This document shows, in pieces, positions 26,620 to 37,266 of a DNA stretch of 64,000 nt. The position numbers were made by a program, and so were the translations under genes. A model generated the notes under the pieces. The model saw only the letters and a program-made list of their open reading frames with translations, did not search any database and was not told where the DNA came from. Origin of the DNA: Eledone cirrhosa (taxonomy: Eukaryota); NCBI GenBank assembly GCA_964016885.1, contig OZ024743.1, positions 271,746,001-271,810,000 on the forward strand. The letters run 5' to 3'. How positions within the stretch are numbered: the first letter of the stretch is position 1; each line of letters opens with the position of its first letter.

Positions 26620-29575
26620 CATACAAACGACAATGACTTCCTAATCATCGCAGGAGATTTTAACGGAAACGTAGGTAAACACTGTGACGGCTTCAATAGA
26701 GTCCATGGAAGCCATGGGGTTGGCACAAGAAATGAAGAAGGATTCAGACTTCTAGAATTCTGCGACGCCAATGACATGTCGATATGTAACACAAACTTCA
26801 AAAAACCCGACAACCACCTGATCACCTATAGATCAGGGGAGCATTCTAGTCAGATAGATTTTATCCTCATCAGAGGACGTGACAGAAGGACGGTCGTAAA
26901 CACAAAAGCATTCCCTAGTGAGGAATGTACCTCCCAACATAGCTTAGTTGTCAGCGACCTCACAGTCAGAACTAGACAAACCTGGAAACAGAGGCCAACC
27001 TGGAGAAGAAAGATCTGGAAGCTGAAAGACCCCTCAGACAGTAACAGATTTAAAGATATTTTACTCAACGCCTACGACAGTAAAGAAGAACAGATAGAGA
27101 CATTCAATGTAGAAGAGAACTGGGAGTTCCTAAAAAATAACTTATTAGAGGCGACAGATGAGGTCTGTGGCTGGAGTAAGACCACACGCAGGAGGAGAGT
27201 GACTTGGTGGTAGAAAAATAAGGTAGATGAGGCAGTTAAGGCCAAGAGACAGGCATGGAAAGAATGGGGGGAGCAGGGTACATTACATAGAGACCAAGAG
27301 GGAAGCTAGGCGACAAGTATACTTAGCTAGGAGGGAAGCAGAGGATAGAAAATTCAAGCATGTTTTGCAACGTGAGGACCAGAAATAGGAGGTGTTCAAG
27401 ATTGCGAGGCAGTGTGTCAGAGAGAATTGTGATGTCATTGGAGAGAAGTGTATCCGGAATGATAAAGGTGAGCTTGCCCTCACAAGTGCTGAGAAGAAAG
27501 ATGCATGGAAGAGTCATTATGATAGATTACTAAATGAGGAGAATGCATGGGAAGAAGATACCCTACCCCAAGTAGACCCTATAGAGGGGCCAGCAGTACA
27601 AGTCAGCAGCAGCGTAGTAAGTAAGGCAATCAAAAATATGAAGATGGGGAAGGCAACCGGTCCATCGGGTATAGCTGCCGAGATGCTGAAGGCATCTGGG
27701 TCTGTAGGTCACACTATAACCACACGTATTGTTAACCAGGTAATACTAGAAGGTGTCATACCAAAAGATTGGTGCAGTAGCATCATTGTAAACTGCTACA
27801 AAGGTAAAGGTGATGCACTCGATAGAGGAAACTATAGAGGTATAACGCTGATGGACCAGGTCATGAAAGTAACAGAAAGAGTTATAGCACAGTTGATTAG
27901 GGACCGGGTGAAACTACATGAGATGCAATTTGGGTTTGTACCAGGAAGAGGCACCACTGATGCCCTCTTCCTTGTGAGGCAGTTACAGGAAAAGTACCTA
28001 GCTAAAAGTAAGCCACTCTACCTGGCATTCGTCGATCTCGAGAAAGCCTTTGACAGAGTTTCACGTGCTGTAATCTGGTGGGCTCTTAGAAAATTAGGAG
28101 TAGATGAATGGCTTGTGAAAGCTGTACAAGCCATGTATAGGGGAGCAGTCAGCAAAGTTAGGATTAGCAATGAGTATAGCGAGGAATCTAGCGTACAGGT
28201 TGGGGTCCACCAGGGCTCTGTTCTTAGCCCTCTCCTGTTCATCATAATCCTGCAGGCAATAACGGAGGAGTTTAAGACCGGATGCCCATGGGAACTCCTG
28301 TATGCTGATGACCTCGCACTTATAGCTGAATCTACGGTAGAACTAGAGAAAAAATTCCAAAATTGGAAGCAGGGACTAGAAAGAAAGCGTCTCAAAGTCA
28401 ACATGACAAAGACTAAGGTCCTTGTAAGTGGACGAGAAAACAGAACCCAGATCCCCCCAGGGAAATGGCCTTGCTCAGTATGTAGGAAAGGTGTAGGTAG
28501 GAACTCCATCCTCTGCCCCAAATGCAAACAATGGGTACACAAGAGATGTAGCGGGATCTCAGGAAGCTTAATTAAGAATGTAGGCTTCACATGCAGCAGC
28601 TGTACTGGGACAGCAAGCAGCAAACAGCCACAGGAAACAAGTACCACCAATCTCTGGGAGGGCTCTGTAGAGACAGTAGACAGCTTCTGCTACCTAGTTG
28701 ACCGAATTAGCAGCGGAGGTGGGTGTTCAGAAAGTACAATAACTAGGGTAAGAACGGGATGGAAGAAGTTCAGGGAACTGCTACCACAGCTAGCTGCAAA
28801 AGGCTTCTCCCTCAAAATGAAAGGCAGACTGTATGATGCGTGTATCCGAACAGCAATGTTACATGGTAGTGAGACCTGGGCGCTGAAGGTGGAAGACTTA
28901 CGTAGATTAGAGAGAAACGAAGCCTGCATGCTCCGATGGATGTGTAATAGTAATATACGCGAACGACAAAGCATAAATGAATTGAGAGAGAGACTGAGCA
29001 TAAGAGGAATCAAATGCTGTGTGCAGGAGAGGCGGGTGCGTTGGTATGGACATGTGATGCGTATGATGGATGACAGCTGCATAAAAAGGTGCAGAGCACT
29101 AGAAGTCGATGGAAACCGCGGAGTGGGGAGACCCAAGATGACCTGGGATGAGGTGATAAAAGCTGACCTTACCCAATTACACCTCTCAAAGGCGATGATA
29201 CACGACCGTGACCTCTGGTGTCACGCAGTAATACAGCGTACCCGACCTTCCATGGGTACAAGCTGAAGCATATAGACAATATGGCCCCACACCCTCCCAC
29301 TGCAAGGTGGTCGTGGAGGTGCCACGGCAAAAAAGCACCCAGCCCACACTGTAAAGTGGACGTGTAGGCGCCACGAAAAAGCACCCAGCACTCACTGTAA
29401 ATGAGGTTGGTGTTAGGAAGGGCATCCAGCTGTAGAAATCAAGCCAAATCAGTTCCTGTATGAGCAAGGCATGGTCAGCCGACCAGACACTGCCCACAAC
29501 AGGACAACCCGTCTAACCCATGCTAGCGTGGAAGAACGGACGTAAAACGGTGATGATGATGATGATGATGATGAT
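26620..29575 (+). mobile_element. Long 5'-truncated RTE LINE: APE endonuclease, RT, PHD-like finger, repeat-bearing 3' UTR, (GAT)n tail
   Basis: IIAGDFNG (~26640); ORF 26776..27213 SQIDFIL..SQHSLV; ORF 27392..29266; a few stops between them. Confidence 0.95.
27392..29266 (+). CDS. RTE-clade reverse transcriptase ORF (part of a disrupted ORF2)
   Basis: KATGPSG, NYRGITL, QFGFVPGRGTTDA, FVDLEKAFD, GVHQGSVLSPLLF, LLYADDL, RWYGHVMRM. Confidence 0.9.
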   Translation: MFKIARQCVRENCDVIGEKCIRNDKGELALTSAEKKDAWKSHYDRLLNEENAWEEDTLPQVDPIEGPAVQVSSSVVSKAIKNMKMGKATGPSGIAAEMLKASGSVGHTITTRIVNQVILEGVIPKDWCSSIIVNCYKGKGDALDRGNYRGITLMDQVMKVTERVIAQLIRDRVKLHEMQFGFVPGRGTTDALFLVRQLQEKYLAKSKPLYLAFVDLEKAFDRVSRAVIWWALRKLGVDEWLVKAVQAMYRGAVSKVRISNEYSEESSVQVGVHQGSVLSPLLFIIILQAITEEFKTGCPWELLYADDLALIAESTVELEKKFQNWKQGLERKRLKVNMTKTKVLVSGRENRTQIPPGKWPCSVCRKGVGRNSILCPKCKQWVHKRCSGISGSLIKNVGFTCSSCTGTASSKQPQETSTTNLWEGSVETVDSFCYLVDRISSGGGCSESTITRVRTGWKKFRELLPQLAAKGFSLKMKGRLYDACIRTAMLHGSETWALKVEDLRRLERNEACMLRWMCNSNIRERQSINELRERLSIRGIKCCVQERRVRWYGHVMRMMDDSCIKRCRALEVDGNRGVGRPKMTWDEVIKADLTQLHLSKAMIHDRDLWCHAVIQRTRPSMGTS

Positions 29576-29870
29576 ACATATGACGTTATTGACGATCACC
29601 ACAATAATTACCATTTATTAATGGTACATTGTTGTCAATAATGATGACAACACTGTTGAACATATTTAATTTTTGGAGTTCAGGATTGGTATGTTTTATA
29701 TACCAGGATTAACAATCATGTATGTATAGACCCATAATTCCTGATAGAGTTGGGGGGGGGGGGGCTGTTGTGACATACAGCATGTCTTGAAAATTCTCCA
29801 TGTCTGAAATTTCTTAGATCTCTCTATCCCTCTCCCTCTCTCTCTCTCTCTCCCTCTCTCTCCCACCCTC

Positions 29871-29941
<71 letters not shown>

Positions 29942-29985
29942 ATATATATATATATATATTCACTAAAGTAAATACCAAATACAAC

Positions 29986-30445
29986 AAATACAATTAATAC
30001 ATCAAATGCTAATTTACAAAAGTTTCATTCCTTTTCTGGGATTTTTCAAAATCAGTTGTTTAATAATAAATCCTCATTTTTCACTGTAACTGATGGCTGG
30101 TGATTGCTTTGGTGAGATTATAACGAGGATTTATTACTAAACAACTGAAAGGCGGTGGATTGGCAGTATCGGTAGAGAGTCGGACACCATGCTTTGCAGC
30201 ATAGTTACGGTCTATTACGGTCTGAGTTCAAATTCCACTGAAGTCAACTTTGCCTTTCATCCTTACAGGGTCGATAAAATAAAGCACCAGTAACGTACTG
30301 GGGTCTATTTAAAAGACTTTCCTCTCTCCCCAAATTACTGGCCTTGTGCCTATACTAGAAATCATTATTAAACAACTGATTTTGAAAAATCCCAGAAAGG
30401 GTATGAAATATTTGTAAATCAGCATTTCATGTATTAATTGTATTT
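29986..30445. mobile_element. Head-to-head PLE pseudo-LTR pair with U3-A8 hammerhead, right arm interrupted by a SINE A copy
   Basis: Arms 29986-30075 / 30125-30148+30364-30445; SINE ~30150-30366 with 16-bp TSD attaYtaaacaactga; motif ctgatt-TTGAAAA-atccc..GAAA-(C/T)NTTT-GTA-aatcag. Confidence 0.7.
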
Positions 30446-30976
30446 AGTGGCTATTTTAATAGTGTAATTATTATAGCACAATAGGATTTTGTATACATGC
30501 CTTTTTGGAAAATTCTATCAAAGGGGTATGATACATAGCCTTTTGTGTTGCTTTTATAATAAATTACTCTATTTTGAGGTGTTTTTAACTTCTCCACCTC
30601 TCTTTATAACTTTTTTATATTGTTTTTGTAAAAAACGATATTTATTTCTTATATTGCCCGCTTAAACTGCTTGTATTACATGTAACACCCTGCCGCACTA
30701 TAATCTTATATAAATAAGACACACGTGCATGCCCCACGTGTAACTATTGCATACACTAACTACTTCAAACTATCCTCTTGCTTTATCTTCGTAAACTGCC
30801 AATGTTGTATTTTAACTTTAATTTTGTCCTTTAATATGTCTTTAATCTTTGTATGTATATTGCCATGCTATATTATTATAATGGATGTCAACCCACTGTA
30901 CATCAATATATACATATGTTTCTATATGTCTCTTGTGTTGGAAAGGAGGTCAAGGATGTAAAAAATCATTGAAAAA

Positions 30977-31025
30977 TTGCTCCGAAGACGCCAAACCTCG
31001 GTTTGGAAGAAACAATTGTAAGCAA
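30977..31025 (+). ncRNA. Compact type I hammerhead motif (U4->C)
   Basis: ttgct-CCGAAGA-cg-ccaaacc-tc-ggtttgg-aa-GAAA-C-AATT-G-TA^agcaa. Confidence 0.7.
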
Positions 31026-31210
31026 ATAAATGATTTAAACAGAACTTTGATTCATGTATTTTCTATATAACTGCTCTGTAGAACTACTGAGCTATTTATC
31101 TTACTGGTAATAAAATAGTAATAAATTACTGCCTTTCACTATTTAGGGTTTAAAATATATATAACTATAAAAGGTTTTAGTATATACATAACCATAAATA
31201 GTATCCTTAA

Positions 31211-31295
<85 letters not shown>

Positions 31296-31332
31296 AGGGT
31301 GTTAAAGTTTGCTTGAAGCATTGTGAAATGTG

Positions 31333-31607
31333 TAAAATACGTATTTAAGAAAGCCACAACAATGCAGAGGGAAATCTCGAGGTAGGAAGTGAAAGATAGA
31401 TAGGAAAAACAGGTGAAAGTGAAAATTGAGAGAGACAAAGATGAAAACAAAACAAAACGATTAAATCTCTACTACGGTAACCCTTCTACCTTTGTTTTGT
31501 TTTCATCTTTGTCTCTCACAATTTTCACTTTCACCTGTTTTTCCTATCTATCTTTCACTTCCTACCTCGAGATTTCCCTCTGCATTGTTGTGGCTTTCTT
31601 AAATACG

Positions 31608-31614
<7 letters not shown>
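31333..31614. repeat. Near-perfect 124-bp inverted repeat with 34-nt spacer, between (TA)n tracts
   Basis: 31333-31456 vs 31491-31614, one mismatch. Confidence 0.9.
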
Positions 31615-31698
<84 letters not shown>

Positions 31699-31825
31699 GA
31701 TATCCACGGTAAGTTGTGGGGTCTAGTCTGCATGAAGAACTCAATGTAACCCATATGTAGAAAATGTTGTAGGTTAAAATAAATCCCGGAAAACAATAAA
31801 ACATTAAAAGGAAAACAGAGTCATG

Positions 31826-31955
31826 ATATAAGTTAAAACAATGAAATAAAAAATCAAGTCATTAGAAATATACTTCACTGCTTTAGAAACGATCGTAAAG
31901 CAGTGAAGTATATCTCTAATGACTTGATTTTTTATTTCATTGTTTTAACTTATAT
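31826..31955. repeat. 60-bp-arm palindrome centred on a hammerhead 3' half
   Basis: Arms 31826-31885 / 31896-31955 (one mismatch); centre reads GAAAC-GATC-GTA. Confidence 0.85.
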
Positions 31956-31964
31956 ATATATATA

Positions 31965-33996
31965 TGAAAGATTACTAAATGAGGAGAATGCATGGGAGAA
32001 AGAGACCCTATCCCAAGTGGACCCTATAGAAGGGCCAGCAGTATATGTCAGCAGCGGCGTAGTAAGTAAGGCAATTAAAGATATGAAGATTGGGAAGGCA
32101 AGCGGTCCATCAGGCATAGCTGTCGAGATGCTGAAAGCATCTGGGTCGGTAGGTCACACCATAACCACACGTATTGTTAACCAGGTAATACTAGAGGGTG
32201 TCATACCAAAGGATTGCTACAAGGATAAAGGTGATGCACTAGATAGAGGAAACTATAGAGGTATAAAGCTGATGGACCAGGTCATGAAAGTAACAGAAAG
32301 AGTTATAGCACAGTTGATTAGGGACCGGGTAAAACTAGGTGAGATGCAATTTGGGTTTGTGCCAGGAAAAGGCACCACTGATGCCCTCTTCCTTGTGAGG
32401 CAGTTACAGGAAAAGTACCTAGCTAAGTAAGCCGCTCTACCTGGCATTTTCGATCTGGAAAAAGCCTTCACCAGAGTGCCTCATGCTATAATCTGGTGGG
32501 CTCTTAGAAAACTAGGAGTAGATGAATGGCTTGTGAAAGCTGTACAAGCCATGTATAGGGGAGCAGTCAGCAAAGTTACGGTTAACAATGACTATAGCAA
32601 GGAATTTAGCATACAGGTTGGTGTCCACCATGGCTCTGTTCTTAGCCCTTTCCTGTTCATTATAGTTTTGCAGGAAATAATGGAGGATTTTAAGACCGGA
32701 TGCCCATGGGAACTCCTATATGCGGATGACCTTGCACTTATAGCTGAATCTATGGTAGAACTAGAGAAGAAATTCCAAACATGGAAGCAGGGACTAGAAA
32801 GAAAGGGTCTCAAAGTCAACCTGACAAAGACTAATTTCCTCGTAAGTAGACGAGAAAACAGAACCCAGATCCCCTCAGGGAAATGGCCTTGCTCAGTATG
32901 TAGGAAAGGTGTAGGTAGGAACTCCATCCGCTGCCCCAAATGCAAACAATGGCTACACAAGAGATGCAGTGGGATCTCAGGAAGCTTAGCTAAGAATATA
33001 GGCTTTACATGCAGCAGCTGCACTGGGACAGCAAGCAGCAAACGGCCGCAGGAAACAAGCACCAACAAACTCTGGGAGGAATCTGTAGAAACAGTAGACA
33101 GCTTTTGCTACCTAGGTCACCGAATTAACAGTGGAGGTGGGTGTTCGGAAAGTACAGTAGCCAGGGTAAGAACGGGATGGATGAAGTTCAGGGAGCTACT
33201 GCCACTGCTAGCTGCAAAAGGCTTTTCCCTCAAAATGAAAGGCAGACTGTATGATGTGTGTATCCGAACAGCAATGTTACATGCTAGTGAGACTTGGGCA
33301 TTGCATGTAGAAGACTTGCGTAGATTAGAAAGAAACAAAGCATGCATGCTTCGATGGATGTGTAATAGTAATATACGCGAACAGCAAAGTATAAACAAAC
33401 TGAGAGAGAGACTGAGCTTAAGAGGAATCAAATGCTGTGTGCAGGAGAGGAGGTTGCGTTGGTATGGACATGTGATGCATATGAAGGATGACAGCTGCAT
33501 AAAAAGGTGCAGAGCACTAGAAGTTGATGGAAGCCATGGAGTGGGGAGACCCAAGAAGACCTGGGATGAGGTTATAAAAGCTGACCTTACCCAATTGCAC
33601 CTCTCAAAAGCAATGGCACAGGACCATGACATCTGGCGTCACGCAGTAATACGGAAGACCCGACTTTCCATGGGTACAAGCCAAAGCTGAAGCATATAGA
33701 CAATATGCTCCATCCTCTCCCACTGCAAAGTGGTCATGGAAGTGCCATGGCAAAAAAGCACCCAGACCACATTGTAAAGTGGTCGTGTAGGCGCCACGGA
33801 AAAAACCACCCAGCACTCACTGTAAATGACGTTGGTGTTAGGAAGGGCAACAAGCTGTAGAAAACAAACCAAATCAGTTCCCGTATGAGCCAGGCAAGGT
33901 CAGTCGACTGGGCACTGTCCACAAGACAACCTGTCTAACCCATGCTAGCGTGGAAGAATGATGGACGTAAAAGGGTGCTGATGATGATGGTGATGA
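31965..33996 (+). mobile_element. 5'-truncated RTE LINE copy
   Basis: ORFs 31903..32430 and 32476..33690 are highly similar to 27392..29266; 3' UTR and (GAT) tail. Confidence 0.95.
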
Positions 33997-34017
33997 TATA
34001 TATATATATATATATAT

Positions 34018-36201
34018 TAGGTATAGGATTATCCAAGATGTAGTAATGGTTAATTACTACACTGGATATGGTTGACGTACGGTGAGAGGTTACTCTACGA
34101 GTTATGGAAGAATTGTTGAAGAAACTTAGTTCCTGATCCTTCTGTATTCCGGAGTGTATATAAAGAATGAATAATAACAGGTAGACATCATAAAAAGGTA
34201 ATTTATTCCGTGTGCTTACAAATGTTTCCACGGTGGTACTACAGCCTAGTTATGCTATGTGCAAATTTACAACTATTTGCAGAACTCAAATATCCAATGC
34301 TGTGACCATCGTATCCTCAGAGCAGAATGGTAAAATGTACGATGTAAATACCCTTAAGTGGGGTTGTTGGAGAAGATAGAGTAGAAAAGGAAGAGAGAAA
34401 AGTAGGAGAGAGGGAGAGAGAGAGAAAGATATGCAGGGGTTGGAGAAATAGGAGAGAGTGGTTTGTAGATATCTTAATCAAAATGTTATGGTAGGGGTTT
34501 TATTATACTGGTTACTTTTGGAGAGATGCGTTGATAGTTAAGGTCGGAATTATTTATTGCCCCAGAGGGCAGGTTCATAGATGTGGAGAGGGAGGTAGGC
34601 CAAAGGCGAGAGAGAGAGAGTGTAATGGATGCAGAGAGAGAGGTAGAGAGGGGACAGACGAAGTGTATGTGGTGAGTGAACTTTGAGTTCGTAGTAGTAA
34701 TCTGCGAATTGCACTGAGTTACCATTTATAGTGATAAGCAGTGTATTGTCTTGTAGTATGGGGGAAGAGAAGGTGGTTAGCTAGAAAGCGATGTTATAGT
34801 TACGGGTTCGAATGTTAAGTTATTTTATAGTGAGAGAATTTAGCTTTTAGTTTGTGGTTGCAGTATAGTGATCGTTCAATTCTATCGTTAAGTAGTTTGT
34901 TTTGGGATTTTAATATGTAAAAGAGTTCAAGGTTACATAACCTGCAGTACTTCAATCCACTCCGATATGCACTTGCGCTGGAAAGTATATCCGATTTTAA
35001 GGTGAACTGTTGGTTGCGTTCACGGAGTTGCCAGGTCTTGTTGGCAGCGTGGTCACAAAACGGTGATTAGGATGTTTGATTGAGAATCGATGACGGTACC
35101 AGCGAGATTTAAACAAGGTAGTGGTAGATCCGATATAATACCATTTCTGGTCGTTCGATTCAACCGTGCATTGGTAAACAATGTTGGACTTTAGGCATTC
35201 ATTCTTCAATGGACATCTTTCAGGTAGATGGCAGTTACATTCTTTGTTGTGGGTAGCGGGTATACCATGGATAGGTTGTGATAGCGGTACAGGTGGATTG
35301 TGTAATACCCGTCTCCCATTTAGTGGTTGGGAGGCAGATATTACATTCTGCCCATCTGTTACTAAAATATTTTGTTTTGTAGAGTTGTTTAATTGCTTTA
35401 AGTTAAGTTTTTTATGTATGCTTCAAGGTTTGGTGCAGTGGACTATGGTAGCTTAATAGTCTTAGAGTTCAGAATGTTACTGTATTTATGGGAACTAGGG
35501 AAATGTTTGTTGATTAACTTAAAGAATGAAAGAGATAGTTTTGTACTAATCGAGGCATTAAAAATAGGATTATACCAGATATACTTTCTACAACGTGATT
35601 TATTTGGTGGTGATTTTCTATTATTAGTATGTCTGGTGGTACTGCGCGTGTGCGCGTGTATTTTAGTCCCCCGGTTACGTATTCCTTGATTTCGTGTAGA
35701 ACTATGTGTGTTATGGAGATTCTTATCAATGTATTCTATTGAATCCAGGTGGTCGGCATTCCTTAATGCGTTATCATAGTATTCAGCATGTTCACTGAAA
35801 ATCTCAGAGTTAGACGATAGGCGAGAGATTCTAAGAGAAATACTCCGGGGAACCGATGTGATCATGGAGAGTGGGTGGTTTGAGTTAAAATTGATATACG
35901 TAAGGTTCTCATTCATCTTGTGGAAGGGTCGTATCTGTCCGGTATTTAAATTAAGAGTTACGTCCAGAAAGTTTACTACTTTAAGATTGTATTCGTACGT
36001 TATTTTTAGACAGAAGTTCACTAAAAGATTTTCTAATATTTTTCCGTAGCCTTTCAAGATTTTGGTTATTCAAGTTATTAACTACAAATAGTTGTAAATT
36101 TGCACATAGCATAACTAGGCTGTAGTACCACCGTGGAAACATTTGTAAGCACACGGAATAAATTACCCTTTTATGATGTCTACCTGTTATTATTCATTCT
36201 T

Positions 36202-36207
<6 letters not shown>
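34018..36207 (-). mobile_element. 5'-truncated PLE (Hydra-clade-like): RT C-terminus plus GIY-YIG, with inverted pseudo-LTR
   Basis: ORF 35443..36057 VNFLDVTLNL..YINFNSNHP..IWYNP; ECNC linker; ORF 34997..35209 IVYQC..YYIGST..RWYRH; downstream CRLCNLE..LLNDRIERSLYCNH; inverted repeats 34157-34279 / 36085-36207; (TA)n flanks. Confidence 0.9.
34213..34324 (-). ncRNA. Type I hammerhead ribozyme with enlarged (85 nt) stem II domain
   Basis: Minus strand tgct-CTGAGGA-tacgatggt...accaccgtg-GAAA-C-ATTT-G-TA^agca. Confidence 0.75.
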
Positions 36208-36283
<76 letters not shown>

Positions 36284-36319
36284 AATAAATATATATAAAT
36301 ATATATATATATATATATT

Positions 36320-36785
36320 AATGATGCCTGTGTGAGATGCATGATGCTGCATGGTAGTGAGACATGGGCAGCAACTGCGGAGGATTTGTGACGGCTGGAG
36401 AGAAACGAAGCAAGCATGCTCCGTTGGATGTGCAATGTTAATGTGCGTGACCGACCAAGCCTATACTTGGTTGAGAGAGAAACTGTGTATAAGAGGGATA
36501 GGCTGTAGTGTGCAGGAGAGAAAACTGCGTTGGTATGGACATGTGATGCGCATGGAGGATGACCGCTGGGTAAAGAAGTGCCAAGAAATCCCAGTAGAAG
36601 GAAGACACAGTAGAGGAAGACCACGAAAAACATGGGCAGAGGTAGTGAGAGTTAACCTCAGATCGCTGAAGCTCACGGAGGAGACGATGAAAGACTGTGA
36701 CGAATGGGGAGATGCTGTGCTGAATAGGACCTGTCCCACCCTTGCAAGCAGGGAACATAGGACATAAAATGATGATGATGATGAT
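36320..36785 (+). mobile_element. RTE 3' fragment (different subfamily)
   Basis: ORF 36351..36767 VQERKLRWYGHVMRMEDDRWVKKC..RGRPRKTW; (GAT) tail. Confidence 0.85.
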
Positions 36786-37266
36786 ATATTAGGGTGGCCC
36801 TTAGCAATAGGTAATTTTTAGAAAGTTAAAATGTTGCTGCTCCCATCCACTAATCCTGTTTCAATTTACAAAATATGGCATGTGCTAAATTTCAGCTCAA
36901 TCGAACAATTGTTAGGCGACCCTCAAACTCCTTGAAGTTGGAAGAGAGTATACGCAATGATTAATTCTGTTCAAAAGCGGTATACTGTTCCCTATCTCAA
37001 CCATTTCCTTTTTTCTTCTTATAGAAATTTATGTGGACACATCCAGGCAACTCCAGCAAATGTTTAAAAACGTTCAGATTAAATTTATTAATAGTTAATT
37101 TGAAAAATTCCTGAAATAACATGAAAAACTTAAGAAATATTAGGTTTTCTCTAAAGCACACAACTTCTATAAGAGAACGTATTTTTATTTACAACAATAA
37201 TTTCTATAGAATCAAAAAGATAATGTGAACACTGAACACTGAATATTGAACATTACTTTTGCATAG

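Noticed and set aside
28018-29497. Antisense and 3' UTR ORFs repeated at several loci (e.g. MGSVWSADHALL.., MLFRGAYTST..)
   Set aside because: They recur only because the RTE copies are recent; they are shadows of the RT ORF and UTR
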